Of a stretch of 64,000 nt of DNA, positions 40,545 to 51,116 are shown piece by piece. Origin of the DNA: Diadema antillarum (taxonomy: Eukaryota). Under the pieces are notes generated by a model, which ran no database searches, was not told the origin of the DNA, and saw only the letters and a program-made list of their open reading frames with translations. Position numbers and translations under genes: made by a program. Position 1 is the stretch's first letter. Each line of letters starts with the position of its first letter. The stretch covers positions 248,001 to 312,000 of the forward strand of contig NW_027270977.1 in NCBI RefSeq assembly GCF_040938485.1, in the 5' to 3' direction.

Positions 40545-40753
40545 TGGACTCTCCTTCCTACCTTTTTATATGTGTAATGTGTCCTTTTGCGTCCTTTGTC
40601 GGGAAACAGGTCAGACAGTACATCTCCAGTGTGAATGGTGTGGACGTCCTGGACAAGAACCACACCGATGTGGCCAAGCTGATCCTGGCCAACCCCTTCG
40701 AGCTCTCGCTGGTGGTTCTCAAGCTCCGGGATGACATGCCGCTGATGGTGTGA
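17438..40753 (+). CDS. DEPTOR: DEP domain-containing mTOR-interacting protein (DEP-DEP-linker-PDZ); join(17438-17532, 21762-21946, 25171-25291, 26621-26690, 28618-28732, 31166-31357, 32051-32277, 39439-39543, 40610-40753), ~417 aa
   Basis: GNILIIGEKLR resembles human AEVLVTGEQLR. DEP1 runs from CFVGSELVDWL to YYRF; DEP2 runs from SFYGAELVSWLL to LYQF. A Ser-rich linker follows, then a PDZ domain (INGDSVGFGLVIRGSGPTYVQTVDPKGPAAAAGLRVRQYISSVNG). All introns are GT-AG with phases 2,1,2,0,1,1,0,0; total 1254 nt is in frame. An in-frame TAG at 17429 lies just upstream of the ATG. Confidence 0.92.
18315..18490. mobile_element. Kolobok-like MITE, left-half fragment
   Basis: GAGAAACCACTTATGAGATA...GAGGAATTCCAAGTTTATTTGATGGAAATTGGTTTTGAAATAGCTG matches the family; a shorter fragment lies at ~11020-11100. 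Confidence 0.6.
18688..19470. mobile_element. CACTA/EnSpm-like MITE (CCC...GGG ends, AT on both flanks) with many subterminal TGCCGCAG / GCAGATCTGC repeats
   Basis: CCCATAGGAAAGAAA / TTTCTTTTTCTTATGGG termini; internal ~60 bp direct repeat at ~18850 and ~19163; superfamily assignment is inference. Confidence 0.75.
21413..21755. repeat. Tandem duplication, ~180 bp period, ending at the DEPTOR exon acceptor
   Basis: Copies start at ~21413 and ~21593 (GTTTTTT.AAGATTTAT.ACCATTTTGTCA...TTTACCAAATCAATTTCTCA). Confidence 0.85.
21762..21946 (+). CDS. DEPTOR: DEPTOR exon, DEP1 core
   Basis: TGACAG acceptor; HALYAANP...CFVGSELVDWL...VIHH; donor G|GTAAAT. Confidence 0.93.
23400..23560 (-). pseudogene. 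Possible highly decayed non-LTR (RTE-like) reverse transcriptase fragment
   Basis: Broken frames give CEEHNH..VAFVDF (23477-23494) and KLRELGTP (23415-23435), reminiscent of the RT region around the FVDFxKAFD motif; weak. Confidence 0.22.
25171..25291 (+). CDS. DEPTOR: DEPTOR exon, DEP1 C-terminal part
   Basis: TTACAG acceptor; VCDDHVFKDEILYYRFRVEDNTF...GTQVFQR; donor AG|GTGCGC. Confidence 0.9.
26061..26527. mobile_element. MITE with GCGTTTATCT / AGATAAACGC ends and internal AAA(T/C)GC(G/A)TTT repeats
   Basis: Short TIRs visible; TSD unclear. Confidence 0.55.
26621..26690 (+). CDS. DEPTOR: DEPTOR exon, DEP2 N-terminal part
   Basis: TTCCTTCCAG acceptor; VTTEPASHSLLKVHAEEGQQYAK (human LLQPREEEGVKYER); donor AAG|GTGAGA. 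Confidence 0.88.
28456..28535. mobile_element. Inverted partial copy of the ~90 bp mini-MITE
   Basis: Reverse complement begins TTAACCCGTTGAGGACAGACTGATTTTGCTATAACACGCATTTCACATAGAC, matching 8956-9010. Confidence 0.6.
28618..28732 (+). CDS. DEPTOR: DEPTOR exon, DEP2 core
   Basis: SFYGAELVSWLLKSGFCPSREKALGLGKDLLEADIIRH; atypical AAAG acceptor; donor G|GTAGGA. Confidence 0.88.
30486..30979. mobile_element. PIF/Harbinger-like MITE (~490 bp)
   Basis: TIRs AGGCGTTTTCACATCAGCCCGAT / ATCGGGCTGATGTGAAAAGGCCT; 3 bp AAT duplication; repeated AAATAGCGCGCTATTT palindromes. Confidence 0.85.
31166..31357 (+). CDS. DEPTOR: DEPTOR exon, DEP2 end and linker
   Basis: (CT)n-CCAG acceptor; VTMDHHFKDERMLYQF...KHSSSSSS; donor G|GTGAAT. 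Confidence 0.92.
32051..32277 (+). CDS. DEPTOR: DEPTOR exon, Ser-rich linker
   Basis: CATCAG acceptor; DSSADK...RRVSSDLESPDTP...FSADELRQPDSPFLKQDIK (human VTSEELLTPGAPYARKTFT); donor AAG|GTTATT. Confidence 0.85.
33100..33170 (+). mobile_element. Degenerate tRNA-derived SINE head
   Basis: A-box-like TAGTCTAGTGG (33106) and B-box-like GGTATGAGTCC (33150) at tRNA-like spacing; no intact cloverleaf seen. Confidence 0.35.
35450..36480. repeat. Degenerate repeat region rich in TTCGGA(A/T)TAACGAAC-like motifs in both orientations
   Basis: Many diverged motif copies; ends not resolved; probably an old DNA transposon. Confidence 0.35.
36730..37610. repeat. Tandem array of ~12 degenerate 71 bp units
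   Basis: Unit starts at ~36859, 36931, 37002, 37073, 37144, 37221, 37292, 37363, 37434, 37505; consensus like ATGAATAACAATAATATTCGGCTCCG..GATGCTAAAATAAATGTCGGATGTTTGCTTT.ACGTTCGGAA. Confidence 0.9.
39439..39543 (+). CDS. DEPTOR: DEPTOR exon, PDZ N-terminal half
   Basis: 105 nt, phase 0-0; INGDSVGFGLVIRGSGPTYVQTVDPKGPAAAAGLR. Confidence 0.93.
39654..40044. mobile_element. Kolobok-like MITE (TTAA|AGGG...CCCT|TTAA), full copy in DEPTOR intron 8
   Basis: ~33 bp imperfect TIRs; TTAA target; long internal inverted repeat (GATGAAAATCGGTTTTGAAATGGCTGAGATATCCAAAA and its complement). Confidence 0.85.
40610..40753 (+). CDS. DEPTOR: DEPTOR terminal coding exon, PDZ C-terminal half
   Basis: AAACAG acceptor; VRQYISSVNGVDVLDKNHTDVAKLILANPFELSLVVLK...MV*. 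Confidence 0.92.
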   Translation, partial: VRQYISSVNGVDVLDKNHTDVAKLILANPFELSLVVLKLRDDMPLMV

Positions 40754-40809
40754 AGAGGTGGTCGTTCCAGGACCTGCGACCGCTGGAATAGCTCATGGAA
40801 AGCTTCCTC

Positions 40810-41330
40810 AAACCCTGGATATACTTACCTTGATCAGGAAGCAGACCTCAGTAAGTCCCGAAGGCCCACCTCAATAGTGGAACTAACCCAAAGGATACAT
40901 AGAGATGCACCTTGACAAAGAAGACAAAATGAATCCTTGAGGGACACCTTGATGCAGAACCAACCCATGTGGATCCATCAGACACTTGGTTTGACCCAAG
41001 GAGCAAACTATCTGAGTTCCTAGAGACAGTTCCTGAACCAATTGCATAGTAATGAGCCTTCGAGATTCACCTCAACAGAGAATCTAACCTGGAGTCTTGT
41101 AGACTCTTACCTGGCCAAAGCAGCGAATAAAACAAAGTCCTGGGGAACACGCCATACCACAGAAACTATCCCCTCTCTGGGTCCTACAGACTACTTGCCT
41201 TAACAAGAGAAGCAGAGACCTACAAGGCTCCTAGAGGCATCCCTCAACAGAGAATCAAGCCTTCACAAGTCTCAGAGGGGAGCCTAGACCAGAGGGGGAA
41301 GCTGCCGAATACCTCTGAGATGAACCTCGA
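40810..41330. repeat. Ancient, highly degenerate ~40-45 bp minisatellite just after the DEPTOR stop
   Basis: Recurring (C/T)ACCT(C/T)(A/G)A...AGAA....CC....GTCCT.GAG pattern, e.g. CACCTCAACAGAGAATC and TCCCTCAACAGAGAATC. Confidence 0.5.
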
Positions 41331-44301
41331 CAGACCGCCGGACATAAGTGGGAGCTGGTGACTGGCTTTTTAGAGGAAAGTGAACCCATGCAAGTTGGGG
41401 AGAGAAAAATTCACCGAAGAAGCAATGCCATGTGAATCCTTCCCAGACTTACCTTGTGGCCTGTCAAACCCCTGATATTTTGTATTATATTTCAGATCAA
41501 AAAATTATTCTCTAGTGATTGATTGAAAGGGGTTCGCATGACTATATTATAATTTATTAAATGTTCAACTATTTCAGAATGTAGGCATGTGTCACACTGT
41601 ATGGTGTACTATTTGTGAAAGATGTCGCAGCTACACTACTGAAGGATGAACAATCAACTCCCCGAAATAGGAGTATTTAGCAGCCATATTATGACAGCTT
41701 GATCTCCTGCCAAGAGCAGCTCTTTCTGTGTTACGACTACTGTACTATGTTTTTCCATTTCAAATCACTGGCTCTGTGGCTGATGGCGAATATATGGTGT
41801 CTTCTTCTGTTCAAATTCTTATCCAAAATATGAAGCAAACAAACCTATTTCGAGTTTCCGGTTAAAACTATGGGCTTTCATTGGTGCCTTTGATAGTACT
41901 ATTCACTTCAGTTATGTGCCCCTTTGTGAATAGTTTACTAATTTATTAGTGTCTGCCCATAATTTCAACCAGAAACACTCAAGGCAACGTTGATTTGTAT
42001 ACTAGAAGAGATTTGACAGGGGATACACCTGTTACTAGGTTTGCAGGAGCTACAAGCTGAAGTTTGCCGCAGCGTACAGACTTGTGAAAGATAGCATATC
42101 TTTACCACAACATGTCTCCCTACGTCTACCTTTGCACAGTCTTTGAGAGACTGCAATCGGTACAGAATACCAGTAGAGAAAGAGAGAGGGTTAGTTCCAG
42201 GTACTCCTTCATGGAAAGAAGCTGCAACCTGTGCCAATCAATAGTGCCATTGAATCCCATATACTGTATTTGATTGTGCCACTTGTACCTCTCTGGGGTA
42301 TGGTATTCCATTCATTTCTCAGGGGTGTTCTGCAAATAACTTGTGAGAATCAAACACACAAGTTTTCTTTTTCTTTTCTTTTTTTGAACAGATCTGTGAA
42401 ACAAGCAGTTTTTGGTTGATGTTCATAGATTGCTTTTGCTGCATGCATATTCAGTCCTCGTTACGTACTATTTCCAATGAACATGCTGCTTTAAAAAACA
42501 TAATATGTATGGCACATTATACCATGTATATATTTATGTATATACATGTAGATACATATATGAAACATTTTGCAAATAAAATGCTTAAAAATCGACAATA
42601 TCTATCTCACAAGCTTTGTACAAATATATACGTTTTTTCCATCTATACATATTGTATTCTTTTCTATTCTATTCTTGGATAGAAGGAAGGGAGGTGAGTT
42701 TTATATTTAGAAGAAAGGGGAGTTCTTTTCCCCAATGAGATACAAAATGGCACAACAAGGCTTCATGCTGTACATCTGCAGCATCAGACACAAAACTCTC
42801 ACTATACTGACTTTTCCTAGTTAAACATTCGTGCTGTTTTCATACTTCTTGTCATGTGGACTTTGAGTCAATTAGTTAGACAAAAGCCCATGTAGTCATT
42901 TATCTCTAATAAATGTAAGAGAGAAAATACCTTTCTTGACATTTTCAGAAATGTTAAGCACAATTGTGTGTACATATGCCCTCTTTCCATATTTTGGATA
43001 AGTTTGGTCATTGATGCACATGTCATTTGATTTGGTGGATACAAGTTTAAAGCATGTGATATGTGTGTGAAAAAAGACAAAGTCCTCAAAAATCCAAAGA
43101 TGAAATCTGACTTCACTTCCTGTCTTTCTCTTCTTTTTTTTTCCTTGTGGTAAAAATAGAAAGCAACAAGAATGTGCCATCAACTTTTGTGCCATTCTGA
43201 GATGCACAGTAATGATGCAATTCATTGTGCCTTGGGATCATAGAAATACATTTCACAATAACTGTCGTTTGTATCCCACCACTGATGGTACTAGGCCTGT
43301 GTTTGCAGCCTATCCCAAGTTGTGCCAAATGAAATTTGTAAGTGGAATTTGTGGATGGAATATCACGTGCCAAGTCGATGATGAATCTACCTCCCATTGT
43401 GGCGATTGGAAACAGAGAAGATCAGTAGGATTTTTTTTTTTTCATTTACCTCACTGAGTGCTGATTAGCTGGCTCAGTCAATGGTATGTCTGTCTCATGT
43501 TATAGAAGTTTTGAGGCCCATTGAGACCAGGGAGGTGTTATTGAAGGAGTGGAAGCTCTTCGTAATCTATGCAAACATTTGTTTGGGTTCTAAAGCATTA
43601 CAATGGGATGTATACTATTTGCGTGCACTTTGAAGTCATGCTCGGCACCGCTCTAGATATAAGATAAAATGTAGAGGTGAACAAGGTTCACATTTTATTG
43701 GATTACATTTCAGTTCTTGTAATGAATCATTCAAATGAAATGAAGATAAGTTCATCTTAAAATGTTAGATTTTCATGATACACACTTTTGCATATGTTTT
43801 GTAGCTATTTATCTTTTTGTCTGGCATATTTGATCCTTCAAATAAAGTTATCAGCTAAAGCATGTTTCAGTATGCATTTCTGCTTCTTGCCATCGAAAGT
43901 GTAATTATTACACCTCGTGATGATTCCCTGCTCCAATGCAGAGCACACAAATTCATTGCTGCCGGCACATTGAAACTGCAGTAGGGGAAAGTCTTTTCTG
44001 CCATGAGAGGGCTGTAGTCCTGATTACTAATGCACTCTTTTTGAAGCAACTGGGTTCCACTTTAAGCTAAGCCCATGGATTCTCGGTGGTGTCACGCATG
44101 ACCTCAAAGGAGAGTTAGAGTTTCTTTTCCTTCCATTACACCTCCCTGATGAGCCCAGCTGAGCGTTGTGTGTTTTTATGCCATCCATCTCAAATAAGAT
44201 GCAAAACACTTTGTTGGTCTTTAATAGCGAAAAAAAAAGACTTGAAATGGAGATTCTTCATGTTTGTGTGAGATAGTATTGATGTATTCTGATCTTTAAT
44301 A

Positions 44302-44627
44302 GGCCTGAATTCATGAAGGTGGTACAAATGAAACCATGGTTTAAACCATGGACAAAAACCATGGAGCGCCAAGTGTCACACGGAATATTTCTTTACGAAA
44401 TTGGTCATTTCGTCGACAAAATGACCGTTTCGTTAACGAAATTATCATTTCGTGGACGAAATGTTCATTTAGTTACAAAATGTTATCATTTCGTTAGAAA
44501 ATAATCATTTCATCCACGAAATGACTGATTTCGTAACGAAATATTCCATGCGACACTTGGCGCTCCATGGTTTTTGTCCATGGTTTAAACCATGGTTTCA
44601 TTTGTACCACCTTTGTGAATTCGGGCC
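44302..44627. mobile_element. PIF/Harbinger-like palindromic MITE (~325 bp)
   Basis: ~80 bp near-perfect TIRs starting GGCCTGAATTCA / ending GAATTCGGGCC; ATA on both flanks; internal ATTTCGT/ACGAAAT repeats. Confidence 0.9.
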
Positions 44628-46221
44628 ATATTGTCTTCAATTTCGAGTGGATTGTGATCTGAGACCGCAACATATTCACATTTATAGCAGGAACTGTACT
44701 TTGTGAAATTTCACCACTGATTTTGTTCTTCAGTGCCTTCACTATTTAAAGCACCTCTTGACAATATCCCAGCCTAATCTGGGTTTTCCAAGGGTTTCTA
44801 CGTCATATCGAAGTATCAAGTCCCATCTGAAAAGTAAATGAAGATACGATATGTCATAACATTTCTGTTGTGCATCAAACTCAGGACTTACGGATTACAA
44901 ATGAACATTTTTTTAATTATATGTGTCATTAAGAATGTACGTGTACATTTTTATTTGCTCATATCGAATAAGAGAGATTTGATATGTAAAAAAAAATTAT
45001 TATTCAAGGACTTGCTCAAGATTTTTAAACTTGTTCTACTAGTGCAAGGAGTTTTATCAACAATAAAGCTACTGTTCTAGTCTGCTTGAATATTACAGGA
45101 ATATCATAAATGTTGCATAGAACATTGTAAGATATATGTGTGTGATTAAAAGATATGTTGTATTGAGCAGCACAGCATCGGATTTTATTTTTTATCTATG
45201 TATTCTTTTCTTTCTGTCTCTCTTCTCTTTAACGCTGCTTGTGTTGTGAGGGGACAATTTGTTTCCCTGAATAGTTCATTCATGAAACTGTATTATACAA
45301 GTAATGTGATTTGGTAATGCATGGGCTAAGAAAGTAATCCTCCAGACTATTTGACATTTAGAGTTTTGAATTATAGTTTTAAAAAAAATCAAGCCATGAT
45401 ATTAAGGTATGATGAAGCTCATTTGGTATGCAGATAAATGAGAGTTGTGATGTATTCTCATGATATTGACTCAGAACATTATGAATGGACACCTTTCTAG
45501 TACAGATGAGGTCTGTGTTCACAGAATATGCATATTCTATATAATTATGAAATCCAGTATTTCTCCTTGTAAAACACTGTGGAACATATGTATATCTGTG
45601 TGAGTGCTAAAGTGAATGAATGTAGTTTATTTGCTGGTGTTATTAGCAGGGAGCTTCAGCCATAGTATTTTGTACAATGTAGTTTGCATTCTGTACATTT
45701 GTAAGATGTATAATGTCAACAATGTATGTGATTTTTACCCCTTGTATTTCAGCTTATATAGGAGGGAGATCCTGTGATGTTTTAACCATACTTTAGATAT
45801 ATGTGATATCATAGTGAGTAGTGTGTGACATAAACATACATGTGTTCTGTTGAATTGGCATGAGGTGTTCATTATCCTTGTTATAGTGCACAGTAATACA
45901 CTATAATCTATTGCTGCACAAAGTTGTCTTGCACAAGTGTACTAAAATGCCCTGCCATGCACTATTCTGGAGTCTACATCATCCTTCAGATAAGTCATGG
46001 TTGTACTATAGAATTTGGCCCTGGTCATATATAACTTCATTTGTCAGCTATGCACTTATTTCATGTTTAACATATTTGAAAGATCATGCATGATTACTGG
46101 GTATGTAATCCACATGTTAGAATATGAAGATATGTGTTAACATGTATAAACTTTAATTGTTTGCTGGATATATGTAGATATAGATACATATTTCCTCTTT
46201 GTTGATTTCTTGTCAACGATG

Positions 46222-46761
46222 TACTGTATACGCTATATATTTCGCGGGGGTTTTATTTTCGCGAATTTTGCGAGTCGGGAGCTATTCGCGAAATTAACAA
46301 CACGCGAAAATATTACCTTCCAAAATGAATCCCTTGCCTTGATGATACGAACATTTCAGTACTAGTATACCATGTCACGGCTTACCGAACAGACCATACT
46401 GGCTAAGCTTGTTTACGCACGTCCACGTCTACTTACGATACTGTAGAGAGCCAATCCATTATCGCAAGGGGACCACTCGTCAGAAATCTAGGGGACCACT
46501 CGTCAGAAATCTAGCGCGATGGACTTAACCACTTCAAAAATGTTGAATTCTAACTTACTAGTTTGCAGAGTTTGGCAAGTCTTTTTCATGCAGTGTATAA
46601 CTAGTATCATTCTTATTTGCTAGTAAGTTGAAAATTAACACTTTCTTTGCCACTTCATATTTCCTCTGGTCCCCCAATCGCGAATTTAACCACTCGCGAA
46701 AATGTGTGACAGCGGCAATTCGCGAAAATTTATGTACGCGAAAATTATAGCATATACAGTA
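46222..46761. mobile_element. TACTGTA...TACAGTA-type MITE (~540 bp)
   Basis: ~25 bp TIRs; TTCGCGAA subterminal repeats; internal perfect 23 bp tandem duplication GGGGACCACTCGTCAGAAATCTA at 46468-46513. Confidence 0.8.
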
Positions 46762-47569
46762 AATGTTAGAGTATATTATGTGAGAGTATACTTTGTGAAA
46801 ATTCTTGATGATGTGCAATACTGTACTGAGTTGTGTGTATATAGAAATTATATGGGTCAGAGAAAAATGACCGAGGAACAGCTTGCATTCATAGAAAACA
46901 ATAGTTCTCTACACTTTACTTGCATTTGATAGAGCCCTGATAACATTACCACACATTGTTTTCTGAATTTGAAATTACCTTGATTCTTCTTCCTCTGAGG
47001 TTCTGCCACGTATGTATGGTACATGTATGTAATGAAAAAATGGCAGTGAAACACTCCATCTTAAAAAGAAAGAGAGACTGTGCTTCCCCTGCAAGAATGA
47101 GCATTTTAATGCCATTTTAGGTTTTTTAATTGCATATAGTATACTTGGCAAAATAAATGCACACACACACATAAATTTGACTTTGTGCCTTGCACAGTGT
47201 CCAGATAAGGTCATTGAGCATCGTTTTTGTGAATTTTGTATATTGAATTCATCCTACTGCAAGAGTTCCAACGAAGCATACGTGAAGTAAAGGGTGAAAA
47301 AGTGGGCAACCTTGTAAACAGATGTGTAAATAAGTTGTCTTTGATATTTAATTGATGCAGTTCAACATGTCAGAGAAGAGCCTGTAAGCAAGCGAAGCCA
47401 ATTTAAGACACTATAGCAAACAGAAAATGTCAGAATTTCAAGAAATGATTAGACTTTGTAAAAGTGTGACAACGACAAGAATTCAAGTAGGTATGTCACC
47501 AGCCCTTCCAATTTTGAGCAGATATAAGGTATCTTTTTTTTAAATCCTCATTTAGCAGGCCTTCCAGGC

Positions 47570-47969
47570 TTAAAGGGATGGGACAGGTCAGTTGAGATGG
47601 GACTGCAGGTTTCGAACATTTTTCAATGATTTTTTTTTTGTTTTTTTGAGATGATGAGAAACCTCTTATGAAATATGAAAAAAAGCATATAATTCTACAG
47701 GGAATTCAAAGTTTATTTGATGAAAAATAGTTTTTGAAATGGCTGAGATATCCAGAACAAACTGATCCAAATGAAAGGTGGGGCCCACGTTTTATTAGGA
47801 TCACTTTGTCTTACTTTGTTTGTGGATATCTCGGCCATTTCATCACATAAATATTGAATTCCTCTTAGACTTGTATGCTCTTACATATTTCATAAAGTGG
47901 TTTTTAAGTATCTTGCAAAAACTTAAATGCTGAATCCTCACCTCAACCAATATGATACCATCTCTTTAA
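47570..47969. mobile_element. Kolobok-like MITE, second full copy
   Basis: TTAA|AGGGATGG...CCATCTCT|TTAA; internal sequence colinear with 39658-40040. Confidence 0.8.
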
Positions 47970-49842
47970 TGCTACAGCCCACCAGGTAACTTGGCGGTAA
48001 ATTATAGAGATTTTATTTTGCAGTGCAGAGTTATTCAATTCAGATGAAACTTCGCTGATTGGTAAGAGGCAGCTACCGTTCTACATAACTTGCTTTTATA
48101 GAATGTAAGTGACAAAAAAAAAATGTTTTATTGTACATAGATTTATGAATGATTATATACGCATAGAGTGGAGTATTTTTATTTTTGTATGCAAGAAAAT
48201 CAAAGCATACTTATGCACCTGTATTTCATTGCCAAATGTAAAAAAGGAAGTAAAGTTTGCAAAGAATATAATACTTTGTCAAAGTAGAACTATATACTAT
48301 ATTGCATTCATATGGAATTTACCTTAAGTGTATGCAGGTAAAATAGTAAAAAGCCAATAAATCAGTCAGCCAATAAGTAAACAAAGAATACCTTCAGAGC
48401 AAAATGCCCCTTGCAGAGTGTGTTAATATGGAAATTGGAACTTCTTGGGTGTCTGTCTGTGTGATATTAATACTGTATTTGTGTGTAATCTGACACTCTG
48501 TAAAGGTGTTTCCCTCATCTCTGATACTACATGTAGTAACTTTTGAATGGCTGTACATTATTATTTCATAATATGTTTATGTGAGAATGTGGTAACGGTG
48601 ATGATCTCCACAAGGTGTTATGTGGTGATTTGGGGATTGATTCATTTACATGAATTCGTGCATCGATGTCATGACGGTTTTACATGGCACTTTCAACGAA
48701 GTTCAAATTCAGCAGATCGTAATAAAAGACATTTTGTCTGACTTGTGCCAAGAAATGCAGATGCTGTCATACTTTGAAGAATGTGTGGTAACCTGTGAGA
48801 GTACGGATGTTTTGGTGTCATACTTCGTATGCTTTTTTTTTTCTTCTTCTTCTTCTTCTTTTGAAGGAAACCATAGCCCCATGATGTCCCATCTTGATTG
48901 AGTGAAAGCAGCAATATTGATATAATACATGTCATGAGTGAAATTTGATGAAAATCAGACAATCTATTCAAAAGTTATTATTCTTTTTTAGGTTTTGGTG
49001 CAGTCATCACTTGATAAGGAGACTACTACACTCATGACGTCATTCTGGACAAACATATTAAAAAAGATATGAAGAAAATTCAACATATTTTCACTTTTCT
49101 AGCATAATGAAAGAAAGCAAGACTCTTTTTTACAGAAAGCTAGGGGAATGACACTACCCCTAAAATATTTCAGTAACGAGTCCATGGAATGTGTAAATTT
49201 TATGAAAAAAATAATTTCGTCAAATTATCAGTATACTTTTTAAGCTTGTTTTTAGCTTATTTATAAAAAAAAGATCCAGATTTGAAAAAAAAGAAGTATT
49301 GAACTTCCCCTTTTTTCTTTGTTTGTTTGTTTGGTTTTTTTTGTTTGTTTTTTTTTTCATTCTTGGGTGTGAAACCTGCATGTATCAAGGTCAGAAGGTG
49401 ATGTTGACATATTGTGAAGCGCCCTCTGGTTTCTAACAGCTTGACAGCCACTTTGTATTTCGATTTTTTTTTCATCTATTTTGTTCTCCTCTCATGGGCA
49501 ATGGCTAGAGTTAATTTCCCAAGCGTGAAGGTTCGAAAAACAATTTACGAGTATATACGTGCTTTCTTTTAGGTGATACATACAAGTATGCGAACTATTC
49601 TTTGCAACACAATAATCCTATCTATCGTCACTCCACCGAAAAACACGCCGGACCGCTGCCATCGAAGTGGCGAAATAAAAGTGATGACTATACAATACAG
49701 ATCAGACATTAATGTGTCTCTCCTTCTCACTAAGCTTCATCCAGTTACAATTGGTGCTGTACAACAAGGTCAGGATTAAAAATCTCATGACAAAAAGAGA
49801 TCAGATTCAATCGAGACATTCGTAGAGTAGGAAACTCCAAAC

Positions 49843-50055
49843 TATCATAAAAGCGTGCAAATTAAATCTGTTCGACTGGACTTACACAGTGTACTTGTGA
49901 AAATCACGGAGAGAACCCCTATCACGGACGAATGCTCGCCAGCCAGATAGAGCTGAAGAAGTGACTCGGACGAGTCACGAAAATGTTCTCTTCGTAATTT
50001 TCACAAGTAAGTCCAGTCGAACAGAATTGATTCAATTTACACGCTTTCATCATAA
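49843..50055. mobile_element. Short foldback/MITE element
   Basis: ~65 bp inverted repeats (AAAGCGTG...TCTGTTCGACTGGACTTAC...TTGTGAAAAT...GAGAAC). Confidence 0.7.
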
Positions 50056-50979
50056 TACAATGGTACCTGGATGAATCAAAATCTACATCGATATACCAAA
50101 ACTAAATAAACTCCTTTTCCTTAAACATATAGGTCTCATTGGGACACGCTAACTCATCAGTTTGTCCTTGGATTTTGGGTACTATACATCAAGGAAATAA
50201 GAAGGTGATTATCGCAAATCTCACAGCCCGGGGGATCTCTGTATGTAAATGCACAATACAAATACACCATCTATCGTCTTCCTATTTATTTATTTTTCTT
50301 TTCCCTGTAGCCTTCGCAGCACAATGACTGTAAAAACGTGCGTCGTGGAACATTTTCTTTCTTCAAGACAAACGGGGAATATAGGAAAAATTGTTTTCTT
50401 TTTAAAATGCTAATATTCATGATTAGGCTATTCTTTCAAATTATATCAGACAAGGATGTTATGACTAATATTAGAAGATAATTTATACATTTTGAATATT
50501 CTCAATTTCCATTTGTAAACCTAGGCATGACTGTAGCGATATTGCACGCCGTCTGGTTAAGTGGTACAACGCTTTGGAATGAAAAAACAGATAAATGGCA
50601 TTAAGAGTATTCGAATTGTTTCTGTCTCGTTCTCACTGTAGAACTGTTAAGAATATGTATGCGAATACACTTGTATATTTTTTGTTTTGGAGAATTAGTG
50701 CCTTTAAAAGTGCGACTCCTCATCATAATTAAGTCTCCTTTATAGAACAGAATGACTTCAGATGCGGGGAATAATTAAAGTTTCGATAAAGTTCAAATCG
50801 GAACATGAGAGCTATGCAAAGATTCGTATGTTTTCATCGAATATGCACGAGTATTGGAAAGGACGATGGAGCCATTGCTTTGTACACGAAACCATTCATC
50901 TAGTCAATGATTAATTTTTCCCAACTGACTGCAACCTGTTTGCCATGAAAGGCAGATTTGCTGTATTTTATTATCATTA

Positions 50980-51116
50980 NNNNNNNNNNNNNNNNNNNNN
51001 NNNNNNNNNNNNNNNNNNNNNNNNNNNNNNNNNNNNNNNNNNNNNNNNNNNNNNNNNNNNNNNNNNNNNNNNNNNNNNNNNNNNNNNNNNNNNNNNNNNN
51101 NNNNNNNNNNNNNNNN
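50980..51116. other. Assembly gap
   Basis: Run of N. Confidence 1.

Noticed and set aside
17438-40753. PREX1/2 (also has DEP-DEP-PDZ) as the identity of the plus-strand gene
   Set aside because: An in-frame stop precedes the ATG, no DH-PH exons are seen, and a stop follows a single PDZ; the N-terminal helix resembles DEPTOR
44190-44742. Mirror-image ORFs sharing MKPWFKPWTKTMERQVSHG
   Set aside because: Artefact of the palindromic MITE at 44302-44627
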